The notes beneath the pieces were generated by a model. It saw only the letters and a program-made list of their open reading frames with translations, was not told the DNA's origin and did not search any database. 64,000 nucleotides of DNA. It comes from Candidatus Bathyarchaeota archaeon (lineage in GTDB: Archaea > Thermoproteota > Bathyarchaeia > Bathyarchaeales > Bathycorpusculaceae). Position numbers and translations under genes: made by a program. The DNA lies in the NCBI GenBank assembly GCA_963707955.1, contig OY970176.1, positions 96,001-160,000 on the forward strand, given 5' to 3'. This document shows positions 10,663 through 19,239 of this stretch, one piece after another; positions within the stretch are counted from its first letter, which is position 1, and every line of letters begins with the position of its first letter.

Positions 10663-11640
10663 ATGGAACTGTTAGACATCAAAGACCTCATCGTCGGCTA
10701 CAATACATACAGAGGTAAACTAAAGGTATTGAACGGCGTACACTTGACAGTGAATGAGGGAGAAAAGGTTGGGGTAATAGGCGAGTCGGGCTGCGGAAAG
10801 ACCACCACCATGAGGACAATTCTGAGAATCCTAGCTAACAACGCTGTTGTCGACTCGGGCGAGATTCTCTTCAAGGGTGAAGATCTGCTTAAGATGAGTA
10901 ACAAAGAAATGACCGATGTAAGAAGAAAGCACATAACCATGATATTTCAAGATCCGACGGCGGCTCTCAACCCAGTGTTTAAAGTTGAAACACAGTTGAT
11001 GGACGTCATCAGGTATTCAGGAACGATAAAGGACGAGAAGGTTACGAAGGAGAAGCTCATGGCCAAGTCTCTGTTACTACTCAAAGAGGTGGCGCTACCA
11101 GATCCGGAAAGAGTGTTGGATAACTTCCCATTCCAACTGAGCGGAGGCATGAAACAGAGAATCTGCATCGCAATGTCATTGGCTACGTCTGGCGATCTTC
11201 TGATAGCCGACGAGCCCACAACAAGTCTTGACGTGACAATACAGGATCAGGTTTTTCGGCTCATGAAGAGCCTCGTGGAGAAGAGGAATCTGTCGGTCAT
11301 TCTGATATCTCACGCGCTCGGCGCCGTACGAGGAACCGTCAACAGGGTCTATGTGATGTACGCTGGAGACATGATTGAAACTGCAGAAACTGAGGAGTTA
11401 TTCACAAACCCGTGGCACCCCTACACACAAGAACTCATAAAATCCGTTCCGAAACTGACGGGAACTGGCTTTTCAGAAGGCATAAAAGGCAGGATTCCAG
11501 ACTACATGAACCCTCCGCCCGGGTGCAGGTTCAATCCCCGCTGTCCCTACGCACTTGACAGGTGTCTAAAGGAGAAGACACAGCTCTTGGGCGAAAGCGG
11601 CGGACACCAAGCAGCTTGCTGGCTGTACGACAAGAGGTGA
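10663..11640 (+). CDS. DppD-like ABC ATPase
   Basis: GESGCGKT, LSGGMKQR, IADEPT, HPYT, C-terminal CRFNPRC. Confidence 0.94.
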   Translation: MELLDIKDLIVGYNTYRGKLKVLNGVHLTVNEGEKVGVIGESGCGKTTTMRTILRILANNAVVDSGEILFKGEDLLKMSNKEMTDVRRKHITMIFQDPTAALNPVFKVETQLMDVIRYSGTIKDEKVTKEKLMAKSLLLLKEVALPDPERVLDNFPFQLSGGMKQRICIAMSLATSGDLLIADEPTTSLDVTIQDQVFRLMKSLVEKRNLSVILISHALGAVRGTVNRVYVMYAGDMIETAETEELFTNPWHPYTQELIKSVPKLTGTGFSEGIKGRIPDYMNPPPGCRFNPRCPYALDRCLKEKTQLLGESGGHQAACWLYDKR

Positions 11641-11645
11641 ACTCA

Positions 11646-12617
11646 ATGGAAAGAAAAGAAGACTTACTCGTCGTACAAGACTTGACTAAACACTTCAAAA
11701 CTCCTCACGGCGTCGTCAGAGCAATTGACGGTATAAACTTCAATATTAAGCTAGGCGAAACCTTTGGCCTGGTAGGAGAATCGGGCTCTGGCAAAAGCAC
11801 AACGGGCTATGTAATAATGGGAATCTACACACCGACATCGGGCAAGATACTTTTCAAGGGCAATGACATTTCGGTGCACGTAAAGCAGCGCCCCAAAAGC
11901 GTCAAAAAAGAGATGGCAATAGTCTTCCAAGATCCAGCCTCATCACTGAACTCCACGAAAACCGTCAAAGACATAGTCGGCTTGCCCCTGAAAGTGCACA
12001 AAATGGTCAAGAATGACGAAGAATTGAATAAAAGAGTGACCGAGCTCTGTGAGGCTGTTGAGCTGCCCGCTGAAGATTTCATGTATCGACGACCGAGAGA
12101 TCTCGGAGGCGGTGAAAAACAGGCCGTCGCCGTCGCGCGTGCCATTGCCACAAACCCATCATTCATAGTTCTAGACGAACCCACATCAGCATTGGACGTT
12201 TCAATTCAGGCAAAAATCATGAAGGTCCTGATGAAGCTGCAACAGGAGCTCAACCTGTCCTACTTGTTCATAACCCACGACCTGAGCCTCATGAGAAACG
12301 TGTCCTCCAGAGTGGCAATAATGTATCTGGCAGAGATCGTCGAGTATGCACCTACACCAATCTTCTTCAAAAACCCCGTGCACCCCTACACTCAGATGCT
12401 GCTCTCTTCCGTGCCAGTAATGACAAAAGAGGAGGAGAAGCTCAAACCCAAGGGAGTGACATCAAAAGGCGAAGTCCCCAGCGCCATTAACCCACCGCCA
12501 GGCTGCCGCTTCCACACCAGATGCTCCCTTGCCAATGCGACGTGCAAGACAAAAGAACCTGCCTTCGTGATGGTAGAACCTGAGCACTTCGTAGCATGCC
12601 ACATGGTGGCAAAGTAA
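11646..12617 (+). CDS. DppF-like ABC ATPase
   Basis: [15 protein letters not shown] (variant signature), LDEPT, HPYT, CRFHTRC...VACH. Confidence 0.93.
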   Translation: MERKEDLLVVQDLTKHFKTPHGVVRAIDGINFNIKLGETFGLVGESGSGKSTTGYVIMGIYTPTSGKILFKGNDISVHVKQRPKSVKKEMAIVFQDPASSLNSTKTVKDIVGLPLKVHKMVKNDEELNKRVTELCEAVELPAEDFMYRRPRDLGGGEKQAVAVARAIATNPSFIVLDEPTSALDVSIQAKIMKVLMKLQQELNLSYLFITHDLSLMRNVSSRVAIMYLAEIVEYAPTPIFFKNPVHPYTQMLLSSVPVMTKEEEKLKPKGVTSKGEVPSAINPPPGCRFHTRCSLANATCKTKEPAFVMVEPEHFVACHMVAK

Positions 12618-12650
12618 ACCGTCGTGCGCGCTAACGCACGTGGTCTCTGG

Positions 12651-13844
12651 TTACGAACCGGTTTCTTTCAGCATCAAGCCGCAGACTGCCTCGGCACCGG
12701 TGAAGGCGGTGCACATGATGACTGCTGGCGTGAAGGATCCGGTGGCCGTGGAGAGATAGCCCGCCAACCAGGGAGCGATAATGGCTCCGATGTATCCTCC
12801 GACGAGTGTTAGCCCGCCTGCAGTTGCTGAGTATGACGCTCCCATGAGCTCAACAGGCATCGCTAGGATTATGGGTGCCATGCTTCCGATGAGGAAACCA
12901 TAAACTATCGCTGATGTCCACAGTGGAAGGCCTAGGGTTGTTCCGGTGAAATAGAGTGCGACTGCAGCGGCGATGGACGTAACCCATATGAAGGGTTTCC
13001 TTATGTGCACGCGGTCAGAGATCATGGGCGTGATGAAACTGCCCGGAACCATACACAACATTATCATCAATGTTACGAGTCCCGCAGCAGTCCCATCCAT
13101 TCCCTTCTGTGTTAATATTAGTTGAAGAAATCCGAACAGGCCAATTTGAGGTGCGAGGAGAAATAGACATGTAATCATCACTATCCACATCTGCTTGCTT
13201 CTAAGCACAACGAAAAGAGACTTTTTGAAAGGAACCCCCTGCTCTTCGCTGGAGAGCATATTCTCATCGGTCCTCAAATTGACTGGTCTTTCCTTTGCTA
13301 ACAATATCCACACTAGGGTCATAGCCAAAGCAAGAATGCCGACGGCGAAGAAAACGCCTTGCCAAGATCCAGTGAGAGGAAGCAGCACGACTGGAGTCAA
13401 TACGAAAGAGGATGCCATGCCGACCTCCATACCCGTGAATATGATGCCGCTGGCTAACGCGTATTGTTTGTATGGGAACCATACGCCCGTCACTTTGGGC
13501 ATGTTCGGGTAGGCAATAGCGTAGCCTGACCCGCACAAAAACATCGTTGTCGCCAGCATGGGGAAACTTGTCGCGAACGCCCTTAGAAGCCCAAAGACAC
13601 CCATTATCAGTCCGCCCATTAGGACGGTTCGTCTAACGCCGAATCGGTCTGCAAACAGACCTGTTGGAATGCAGAGTATAACCAGGGCTAGTGGAACTAG
13701 CGCTAGTAGGAACCCATATTGCGCATCAGTTATGCCTAGCGTCTTCTCTATTGGCGTGATGCAGAACCAAGAAAGTCCCAGAGAGAACATCATCAGCCAT
13801 GTCAGGGCTACCATCGCCCATCGATAAGACGAAACTTCAGTCAT
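12651..13844 (-). CDS. MFS transporter
   Basis: About 12 hydrophobic segments, GLFADRFGVRR motif A. Confidence 0.92.
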   Translation of the reverse strand: MTEVSSYRWAMVALTWLMMFSLGLSWFCITPIEKTLGITDAQYGFLLALVPLALVILCIPTGLFADRFGVRRTVLMGGLIMGVFGLLRAFATSFPMLATTMFLCGSGYAIAYPNMPKVTGVWFPYKQYALASGIIFTGMEVGMASSFVLTPVVLLPLTGSWQGVFFAVGILALAMTLVWILLAKERPVNLRTDENMLSSEEQGVPFKKSLFVVLRSKQMWIVMITCLFLLAPQIGLFGFLQLILTQKGMDGTAAGLVTLMIMLCMVPGSFITPMISDRVHIRKPFIWVTSIAAAVALYFTGTTLGLPLWTSAIVYGFLIGSMAPIILAMPVELMGASYSATAGGLTLVGGYIGAIIAPWLAGYLSTATGSFTPAVIMCTAFTGAEAVCGLMLKETGS

Positions 13845-13867
13845 CTTTTGCCTTCCAATTCGGTGAG

Positions 13868-14197
13868 CTAGCTTTCACGTTGTTTTGAGTCCAAGTATCT
13901 TGCTTTGAGTTCTCTTGCAAACTCCTCAACTATTTCGTCGATGGCTTTCTTGAAGCCTTCCACATCATACATAACAAGAAACTTCTTCTTATCCACTATG
14001 GCCTTTATCCCCTTCAAAAACGGGTCAGGAGCCAATCCTGTGACGTAATTCGGAAGCTCGGCTAGCTTGCTCAAGGCGTCAAGAAGCCTGAAAGGTCCGT
14101 AGAGCGGCGGCTCATTCAGACAGCCCTGCGCACTCGTTGCCAGAAAGACGGCTATTTCCAGTAAATAGTCATTTCCAGTAGCTTTCTTCTCGGACAT
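13868..14197 (-). CDS. Cyclodipeptide oxidase B-subunit-like protein (AlbB/DUF6092-like)
   Basis: FLATSAQGCLNEPPLYGPFRLLDA matches the recalled AlbB pattern YLLSSGRGLLEEPADYGIYRCTDG; 109 aa, helical, 6 bp downstream of a nitroreductase. Confidence 0.8.
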   Translation of the reverse strand: MSEKKATGNDYLLEIAVFLATSAQGCLNEPPLYGPFRLLDALSKLAELPNYVTGLAPDPFLKGIKAIVDKKKFLVMYDVEGFKKAIDEIVEEFARELKARYLDSKQRES

Positions 14198-14203
14198 TTC
14201 TCA

Positions 14204-14752
14204 TCAGTCCAGACTAGTTGGAAACTTGCGACCATACTTGTTCAGAAAAGCGATCTCCCTCAACGGAATCCGCGCGGGCGGCTTTGGAGCCTGTGCTGCA
14301 TAGCCAACTACCACCAAAAGCTCAGGCTCTACACCGTCAGGAATTTCAAGCATTTCTTTCACGGCGAATCGGGAAAAAGATTTCACTACGCACGTTCCCA
14401 AGCCAAGCGCGTGGGCTGCCAAAAGCATGTTTTCAACAGCCATCGAACAGTCTGCCACTGACATGTAATCCCTTCCCAGGGTTCCACCGTCCCTGTACTC
14501 TTTCTCCCTGTCTGAACAGACAAGTATTGCTAGCGGGGTTTCTCCAAGGTAGCCGGGCGACATTTTTCGAATAACCTCAAGAAGATTCCTATCGCTTACC
14601 ACGATGAATTTCCAAGGTTGAATGTTGCTTCCCGAAGGAGCCCAACGTGCTGCATCCAGTATTTTCTCTATAAACTTTTCAGGCACAGGATTCGCCTTAT
14701 ACCGGCGAACGCTTCTCCGACCAAGAATAGCTTCAAAAACATCCATTTTCAT
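14204..14752 (-). CDS. Nitroreductase-family flavoprotein, cyclodipeptide oxidase A-subunit-like (AlbA-like)
   Basis: RRSVRRY, APSGSNIQPW, SPGYLG, AVENMLLAAHALGLGTC; operonic with AlbB-like gene. Confidence 0.85.
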   Translation of the reverse strand: MKMDVFEAILGRRSVRRYKANPVPEKFIEKILDAARWAPSGSNIQPWKFIVVSDRNLLEVIRKMSPGYLGETPLAILVCSDREKEYRDGGTLGRDYMSVADCSMAVENMLLAAHALGLGTCVVKSFSRFAVKEMLEIPDGVEPELLVVVGYAAQAPKPPARIPLREIAFLNKYGRKFPTSLD

Positions 14753-14836
14753 CCATCCGCTTCTGGCATGTGAGTTCTTCAGAAAGTCTTATATTAATTT
14801 TCCAAAGAATACTGGTAATCTGAAAGGTGAAAGAAA

Positions 14837-15883
14837 ATGCCACAGTTTTACGAATACGAGTTGACAAGAGCAGCGCACAAGCTGGTCGCTGAAATGTTCA
14901 AGTTGAAGAAGGACGAAACCTTTGTGATAACTGCGGACACCGAATCAGACCCTCGGGTGGTTGAGGCAACCGCTGGGGCAGCATTCGCTGTCGGAGCCAA
15001 ACCCATGGTCATTTGGACGGCGTCACCCTTGGGCGTAGGCAAAGCGGCAGACCCGATGCTCCCAGTAGAAGCGTTGACGGTTGCGTTGAACAAGGCTGAC
15101 GCGTGGGTTGAATACAACAACGAGTGGCTCCTGTACTCAACGCCGTACGAAAGGGCAATGAAGGAAAACAAGAAGCTCAGGCATATGTGCTTGGTCGGCA
15201 TGAACGTTGACATGATGGTCAGAGTCATTGCGAGAGTCGACCTGCCCACGTTAGGCAAGTTCCAAGACAAGCTGATCGCTCTGACAAAGGCTGCCAAACA
15301 CGTCAAAATGACGACACCTGCAGGAGAAAACATTGAATTTAGCAATGACCCCAAGAGACCGATGATATGCGAAGTCGGATACGCTGACACGCCAGGATCC
15401 CACATGCTCGGTGGCCAAATAGGCTGGTCGCCGATCTTCAAATCTATCAACGGGGTCATAGCCTTCGACGGCTCAGTCGTGCCCCCAATCGGCCTAACAA
15501 AGGCTCCCATAAAACTTCACGTCAAAGAAGGAAACATTGTCAAAATAGAAGGCGGAAAAGACGCACAGACCTTCGAAGCTTGGCTAAAGAGCTTCAAGAG
15601 TCCACTAATGCTACGAATAGCTCACGTCTGCTACGGGGTCAACCCAGGTGCCAAGCTGACTGGAAACATAGTTGAAGACGAGAGAGTCTGGGGAGGCACC
15701 GAATGGGGAATAGGCTACGTTGGTCAAATGCTGACGGGCGGCGAACCGATTCAGGCGCCCTCTCACACGGACGGCATATGCTTGAACACCTCAGTTTGGC
15801 TCGACGGTAAACAGATCTTTGACAAGGGCATGGTAGTTCACCCAGAGCTCGCCAAACTTGCAAAGAAACTCGGGAAATCCTAG
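14837..15883 (+). CDS. M29/aminopeptidase-T-fold protein with variant metal site
   Basis: NGVIAFDG, RIAHVCYGVNP, VEDERVWG, SHTDG, LDG. Confidence 0.85.
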   Translation: MPQFYEYELTRAAHKLVAEMFKLKKDETFVITADTESDPRVVEATAGAAFAVGAKPMVIWTASPLGVGKAADPMLPVEALTVALNKADAWVEYNNEWLLYSTPYERAMKENKKLRHMCLVGMNVDMMVRVIARVDLPTLGKFQDKLIALTKAAKHVKMTTPAGENIEFSNDPKRPMICEVGYADTPGSHMLGGQIGWSPIFKSINGVIAFDGSVVPPIGLTKAPIKLHVKEGNIVKIEGGKDAQTFEAWLKSFKSPLMLRIAHVCYGVNPGAKLTGNIVEDERVWGGTEWGIGYVGQMLTGGEPIQAPSHTDGICLNTSVWLDGKQIFDKGMVVHPELAKLAKKLGKS

Positions 15884-15912
15884 TTCCTTTCCGTTTTCAT
15901 GGTCTGCAAACG

Positions 15913-16962
15913 GTGAGATGTATGATTGACAAGAAGAAATTGGCTGATGGCGCTGTGAACATGCTCAAAGTGAACATGGGACTCAAGAGAGGCGAAAAAC
16001 TCCTGGTCGTCACAGACATCCCGACAGTTGCGGAGTGGGAATCAAAAGACAGCGCCAAGTTGACAGAGGCATTGGAAAGATCGCTTCTAGCCAAAACAGT
16101 GAGCGAAATCGCTGGTGAAAAGTTTCCAGACTGCAAAGTTGAGTTCTACGTTTATCCGTCCATAGGTAAACACGGCACGTACCCGGGAAAAGAAGTTGAA
16201 GAAAAAATGAAAGCCGCTGATGTGGACATTGCAATAACCACTTACTCGCTGACACACACCGACGCTCGGGTAAACTCCTGCAAAGCAGGCGCTCGAGTTG
16301 CAAGCATGCCCATGTTTGTTGCAGAAATGTTCTATACCGGCGGACCGATGGCATCCGATTATCGTGAAATAGACAAAGAAACGAAGAAAATCGCGAACCT
16401 AATCACAGGAACTAACGAAGCGAAAGTAACGTCTCCAGGAGGGACAGACATCACTTTCAGTTTGAAAGGCAGAAAAGGAATGGTTGACGCTGGAATCTTC
16501 ACTGAGAAAGGCTCTTGGGGCAACCTTCCGTCAGGAGAAGCCTACTGCGCGCCCGTCGAAGGATCCGCCAACGGTAGGCTCGTCGTAGAAGCCAACTGGT
16601 ACCCAGACCTCAAGGAAAAGATGACGCTGAAATTCCAGAACGGTTACGTCACCGAGATAATTGGCGGGGGAAAAATCGGCGACGAATACAGAGGCCTACT
16701 CGACTTTAGCAAAAAAGCAGAACCCTACACTTCCAGAAGGAACCTCGCAGAGCTTGGGATAGGAACAAACCCAAATGCGAAACGGCCTGACAACATTTTA
16801 GAATCCGAAAAGATCAAGGGAACCGTTCACTTAGCCATCGGCGATAACTCTCACATGGGAGGCAAAGTGTCCGCAGACCTGCATCAGGACTTCATTATTC
16901 CAAAGCCCACATGGATGCTCGACGGAAAAGCCATGATGAAAGATGGGAAACTCGTAATATAA
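15913..16962 (+). CDS. M29 aminopeptidase (aminopeptidase T-like), canonical metal ligands
   Basis: NLPSGE, AELGIGTN, ESEKIKGTVHLAIG, HQD. Confidence 0.92.
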   Translation: MRCMIDKKKLADGAVNMLKVNMGLKRGEKLLVVTDIPTVAEWESKDSAKLTEALERSLLAKTVSEIAGEKFPDCKVEFYVYPSIGKHGTYPGKEVEEKMKAADVDIAITTYSLTHTDARVNSCKAGARVASMPMFVAEMFYTGGPMASDYREIDKETKKIANLITGTNEAKVTSPGGTDITFSLKGRKGMVDAGIFTEKGSWGNLPSGEAYCAPVEGSANGRLVVEANWYPDLKEKMTLKFQNGYVTEIIGGGKIGDEYRGLLDFSKKAEPYTSRRNLAELGIGTNPNAKRPDNILESEKIKGTVHLAIGDNSHMGGKVSADLHQDFIIPKPTWMLDGKAMMKDGKLVI

Positions 16963-17330
16963 AGCGAACTTCATTCTCCATTTCTTTTTCAATTCTGAAT
17001 TCTGTTCCTCATCAGCTTTTTCCAAGTTCTTATGAAAAAATGTCGCCATATCCCAACTGGAAATCATTTTTCATCTCACCCTCTATGATTCTCTGTAACG
17101 AGAAATCATCCGAATCCGTTCGCGCGCACGTGAAACTGGCTTCGTTGAGAATGAGGGGTTTGACATTGCGGAAGTTTGAGAGGATTTATCGTAAGCTTCT
17201 CCTGCTTAGCCTACGTGGAGTTTCGTTGGCGCGTCAGAAAGGCGTTGCCTCAGAGTGCGCGGTTTCGTTTGGTTTGGTTGATAAGACCTTGCGAAAGCTT
17301 AAGCTCCCTCGGCACTCGCTTTGCCAACGA

Positions 17331-17345
17331 ATTAAGGTTATATAC
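17331..17345 (+). promoter_or_regulatory. BRE/TATA promoter of tRNA-Tyr
   Basis: ATTAAGG-TTATATAC about 33-45 bp upstream of the mature 5' end. Confidence 0.6.
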
Positions 17346-17377
17346 TATTTCGTTTTTTGTTATTCTCGGTCGGGCAC

Positions 17378-17593
17378 CGGGCGGTAGCTCAGCCTGGCAG
17401 AGCTTCCGAGTCAGCATAGCGCCAAACACTGGCTGACGGAGACGCTGTAGAAGCCTACCAAAGGTGGGCATCACCCAGCCTACCAGGCTAACAGGCAGAA
17501 ACCGGATCGCCGCAGGAGAGTTGGAGTATTACCTTCAGCTCGGCGATTTCAAAATGAGGGTTTAGCTTCATGAAAGTCCTGCCCGCCCGACCA
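17378..17593 (+). tRNA. tRNA-Tyr(GTA) with four introns: 30/31 (17409-17443), 37/38 (17451-17500), 53/54 (17517-17547), 59/60 (17554-17576); CCA encoded
   Basis: Spliced product CGGGCGG TA GCTC AGCCTGGCA GAGC T TCCGG CTGTAGA CCGGA TCGCC GCAGG TTCAAAT CCTGC CCGCCCG A CCA is a perfect cloverleaf with C1-G72 and A73; BHB-type motifs at the junctions. Confidence 0.92.
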
Positions 17594-17594
17594 A

Positions 17595-17925
17595 CACAAT
17601 CCATTAGACGTAGTAGGCGACGCAGACGCGGAACGTTATCGACTTGCATTAAACGCTGTTTCCTCGGATCCAAACGTTGGAATAATTCTGGTGATCGTAC
17701 TTCTTCAAACATCCTACATTGAGTCGGATGTGGTTGACGCAATAACTGAATCGCAAGTAACCTACGGCAAAGCCGTGATCGTATGCACTATAGGAGGAGA
17801 CTTCGCACAAACATTGGTCAAAATGTCAGAGGAAGACCGCATACCATCATACAAAAACCCCGGAGAGGGCAGTCAACGCGTTAAACGCGCTTATCAAATA
17901 CGGCAAAGCGCTGGAAGACAAATAA
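17595..17925 (+). pseudogene. 3' fragment of ADP-forming acyl-CoA synthetase alpha subunit, with frameshift at A-run 17853-17857
   Basis: HNPLDVVGDADAERY...DPNV...IPSYK then shifted TPERAVNAL...; no start or N-terminal domains. Confidence 0.8.
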
Positions 17926-17964
17926 AAGAGAAAGATCGGGGCACACTGAAATTAACCCCACAAC

Positions 17965-19176
17965 TCATGTTATTTGCCTGTAATCGAAGTCGTCTTCCAG
18001 AAGATGATTCTTGTACTTTGTGACGTCGGTCTCTTGTTGCATTAATCTAGTCAAGGTCGACGTGCCTTTTCTGTCTCCTAGAAGGATTGCTCCTACGATT
18101 TTGCCTTGGTCCAGAACGATCTTCTTGTAGACGCCTCTTTGCTTGTCGATTCTTTTGATCTCCTCGTATTGGGGTCCTTCGGGGCTCACCAGTCCCATTG
18201 AAGTTAGACTTATTCCCGCGATTTTTAACGTCGTGGACTGTATTGTGCCGTTGTAAACATGTTTTTCGCCTTCAAGCATGTTTGCAGCTGCTACTCTTGC
18301 TTGCTCAATAGCCGGAGGGATTATGCCGTAAACCTTTCTATGAAACTCCAGTACGTCTCTAGCAGCATAGACTTCATCAGCGCTGGTTCGCAGGTAATCA
18401 TCGACGACTACTCCCTTGTTTACTTTGATCCCCGCGTCTGCAGCGAGTCGGATGTCAGATCTCACGCCTGCTGATATCAAAATGAGCTCGCCTGAAACTT
18501 CCTTTTCATTATCAAGTGCTACTCCAGCAACTGCCTCTTTGCCAAGGATTTCGGTTGTTTTTACGCCAAGCTGCATGCCTATACCAAGTTTTCTAAGGTC
18601 ATTCTCCAGAATCGATGAGCCGTCTTGATCTAACTGCCTCGGTAGCAACATGGGGAAAATTTCTACAACTTCGACTTTTTGGCCCAGCTTCATTAAGCAA
18701 TCGGCAAATTCTATGCCTAGAAGTCCACCTCCGATGACTATTGCTTCCCTTGTCTTCGTTGCATATTGCTTTATAGCGATGGCATCTTCAACGGTGCGAA
18801 GAGTAAAAATTCCCTTCTTCTCTATGCCCGCTATAGGTGGAACGAATGCGTGGGCTCCGTTTGCCAAGAGAAGTCTGTCGTAGTTTGCTTTTAGGCCACC
18901 TTCAAGCGTGATTTCTTTATTCGCTGGGTCTATCCGCATGATTTTCTTGCCTAGTTGAACCTTAATGCCGAGCTTCTCATACCACTTCGGCGCATAGGAG
19001 TAGATCTCTTGCGGTTCTTTTTCTCCCGAAAGAACCTCGTATAGTCTCGGTCGAGGATAGTACAGATGATTTTCATCTGTGTAGACTGTAACTTCGTGTT
19101 CAGGAGCAGCATTTTGCCTTATGGCCCTTGCTGCTGTGACGCCTGCCACTCCGCAACCGATGATCGCGATACGCAT
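17965..19176 (-). CDS. FAD/NAD(P)-dependent oxidoreductase (rubredoxin reductase/NirB N-terminal-like)
   Basis: IIGCGVAG, LLLANG, IGGGLLGIE, TSADEVYA, YKKIVL. Confidence 0.9.
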   Translation of the reverse strand: MRIAIIGCGVAGVTAARAIRQNAAPEHEVTVYTDENHLYYPRPRLYEVLSGEKEPQEIYSYAPKWYEKLGIKVQLGKKIMRIDPANKEITLEGGLKANYDRLLLANGAHAFVPPIAGIEKKGIFTLRTVEDAIAIKQYATKTREAIVIGGGLLGIEFADCLMKLGQKVEVVEIFPMLLPRQLDQDGSSILENDLRKLGIGMQLGVKTTEILGKEAVAGVALDNEKEVSGELILISAGVRSDIRLAADAGIKVNKGVVVDDYLRTSADEVYAARDVLEFHRKVYGIIPPAIEQARVAAANMLEGEKHVYNGTIQSTTLKIAGISLTSMGLVSPEGPQYEEIKRIDKQRGVYKKIVLDQGKIVGAILLGDRKGTSTLTRLMQQETDVTKYKNHLLEDDFDYRQIT

Positions 19177-19239
19177 AGGAATGCTCACCGAATCCTTGAT
19201 TGAGATTCCGTTAAGCAACCTCTTCTTAAATGTGGTTCG

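Noticed and set aside
12095-12125. LGGGE variant of the ABC signature in the DppF-like ATPase
   Set aside because: Mild degeneracy in one ATPase of a heterodimer is common
16911-17474. ORFs 16911-17387, 17176-17436 and 17250-17474
   Set aside because: They run across the tRNA-Tyr promoter and gene; no protein-like features
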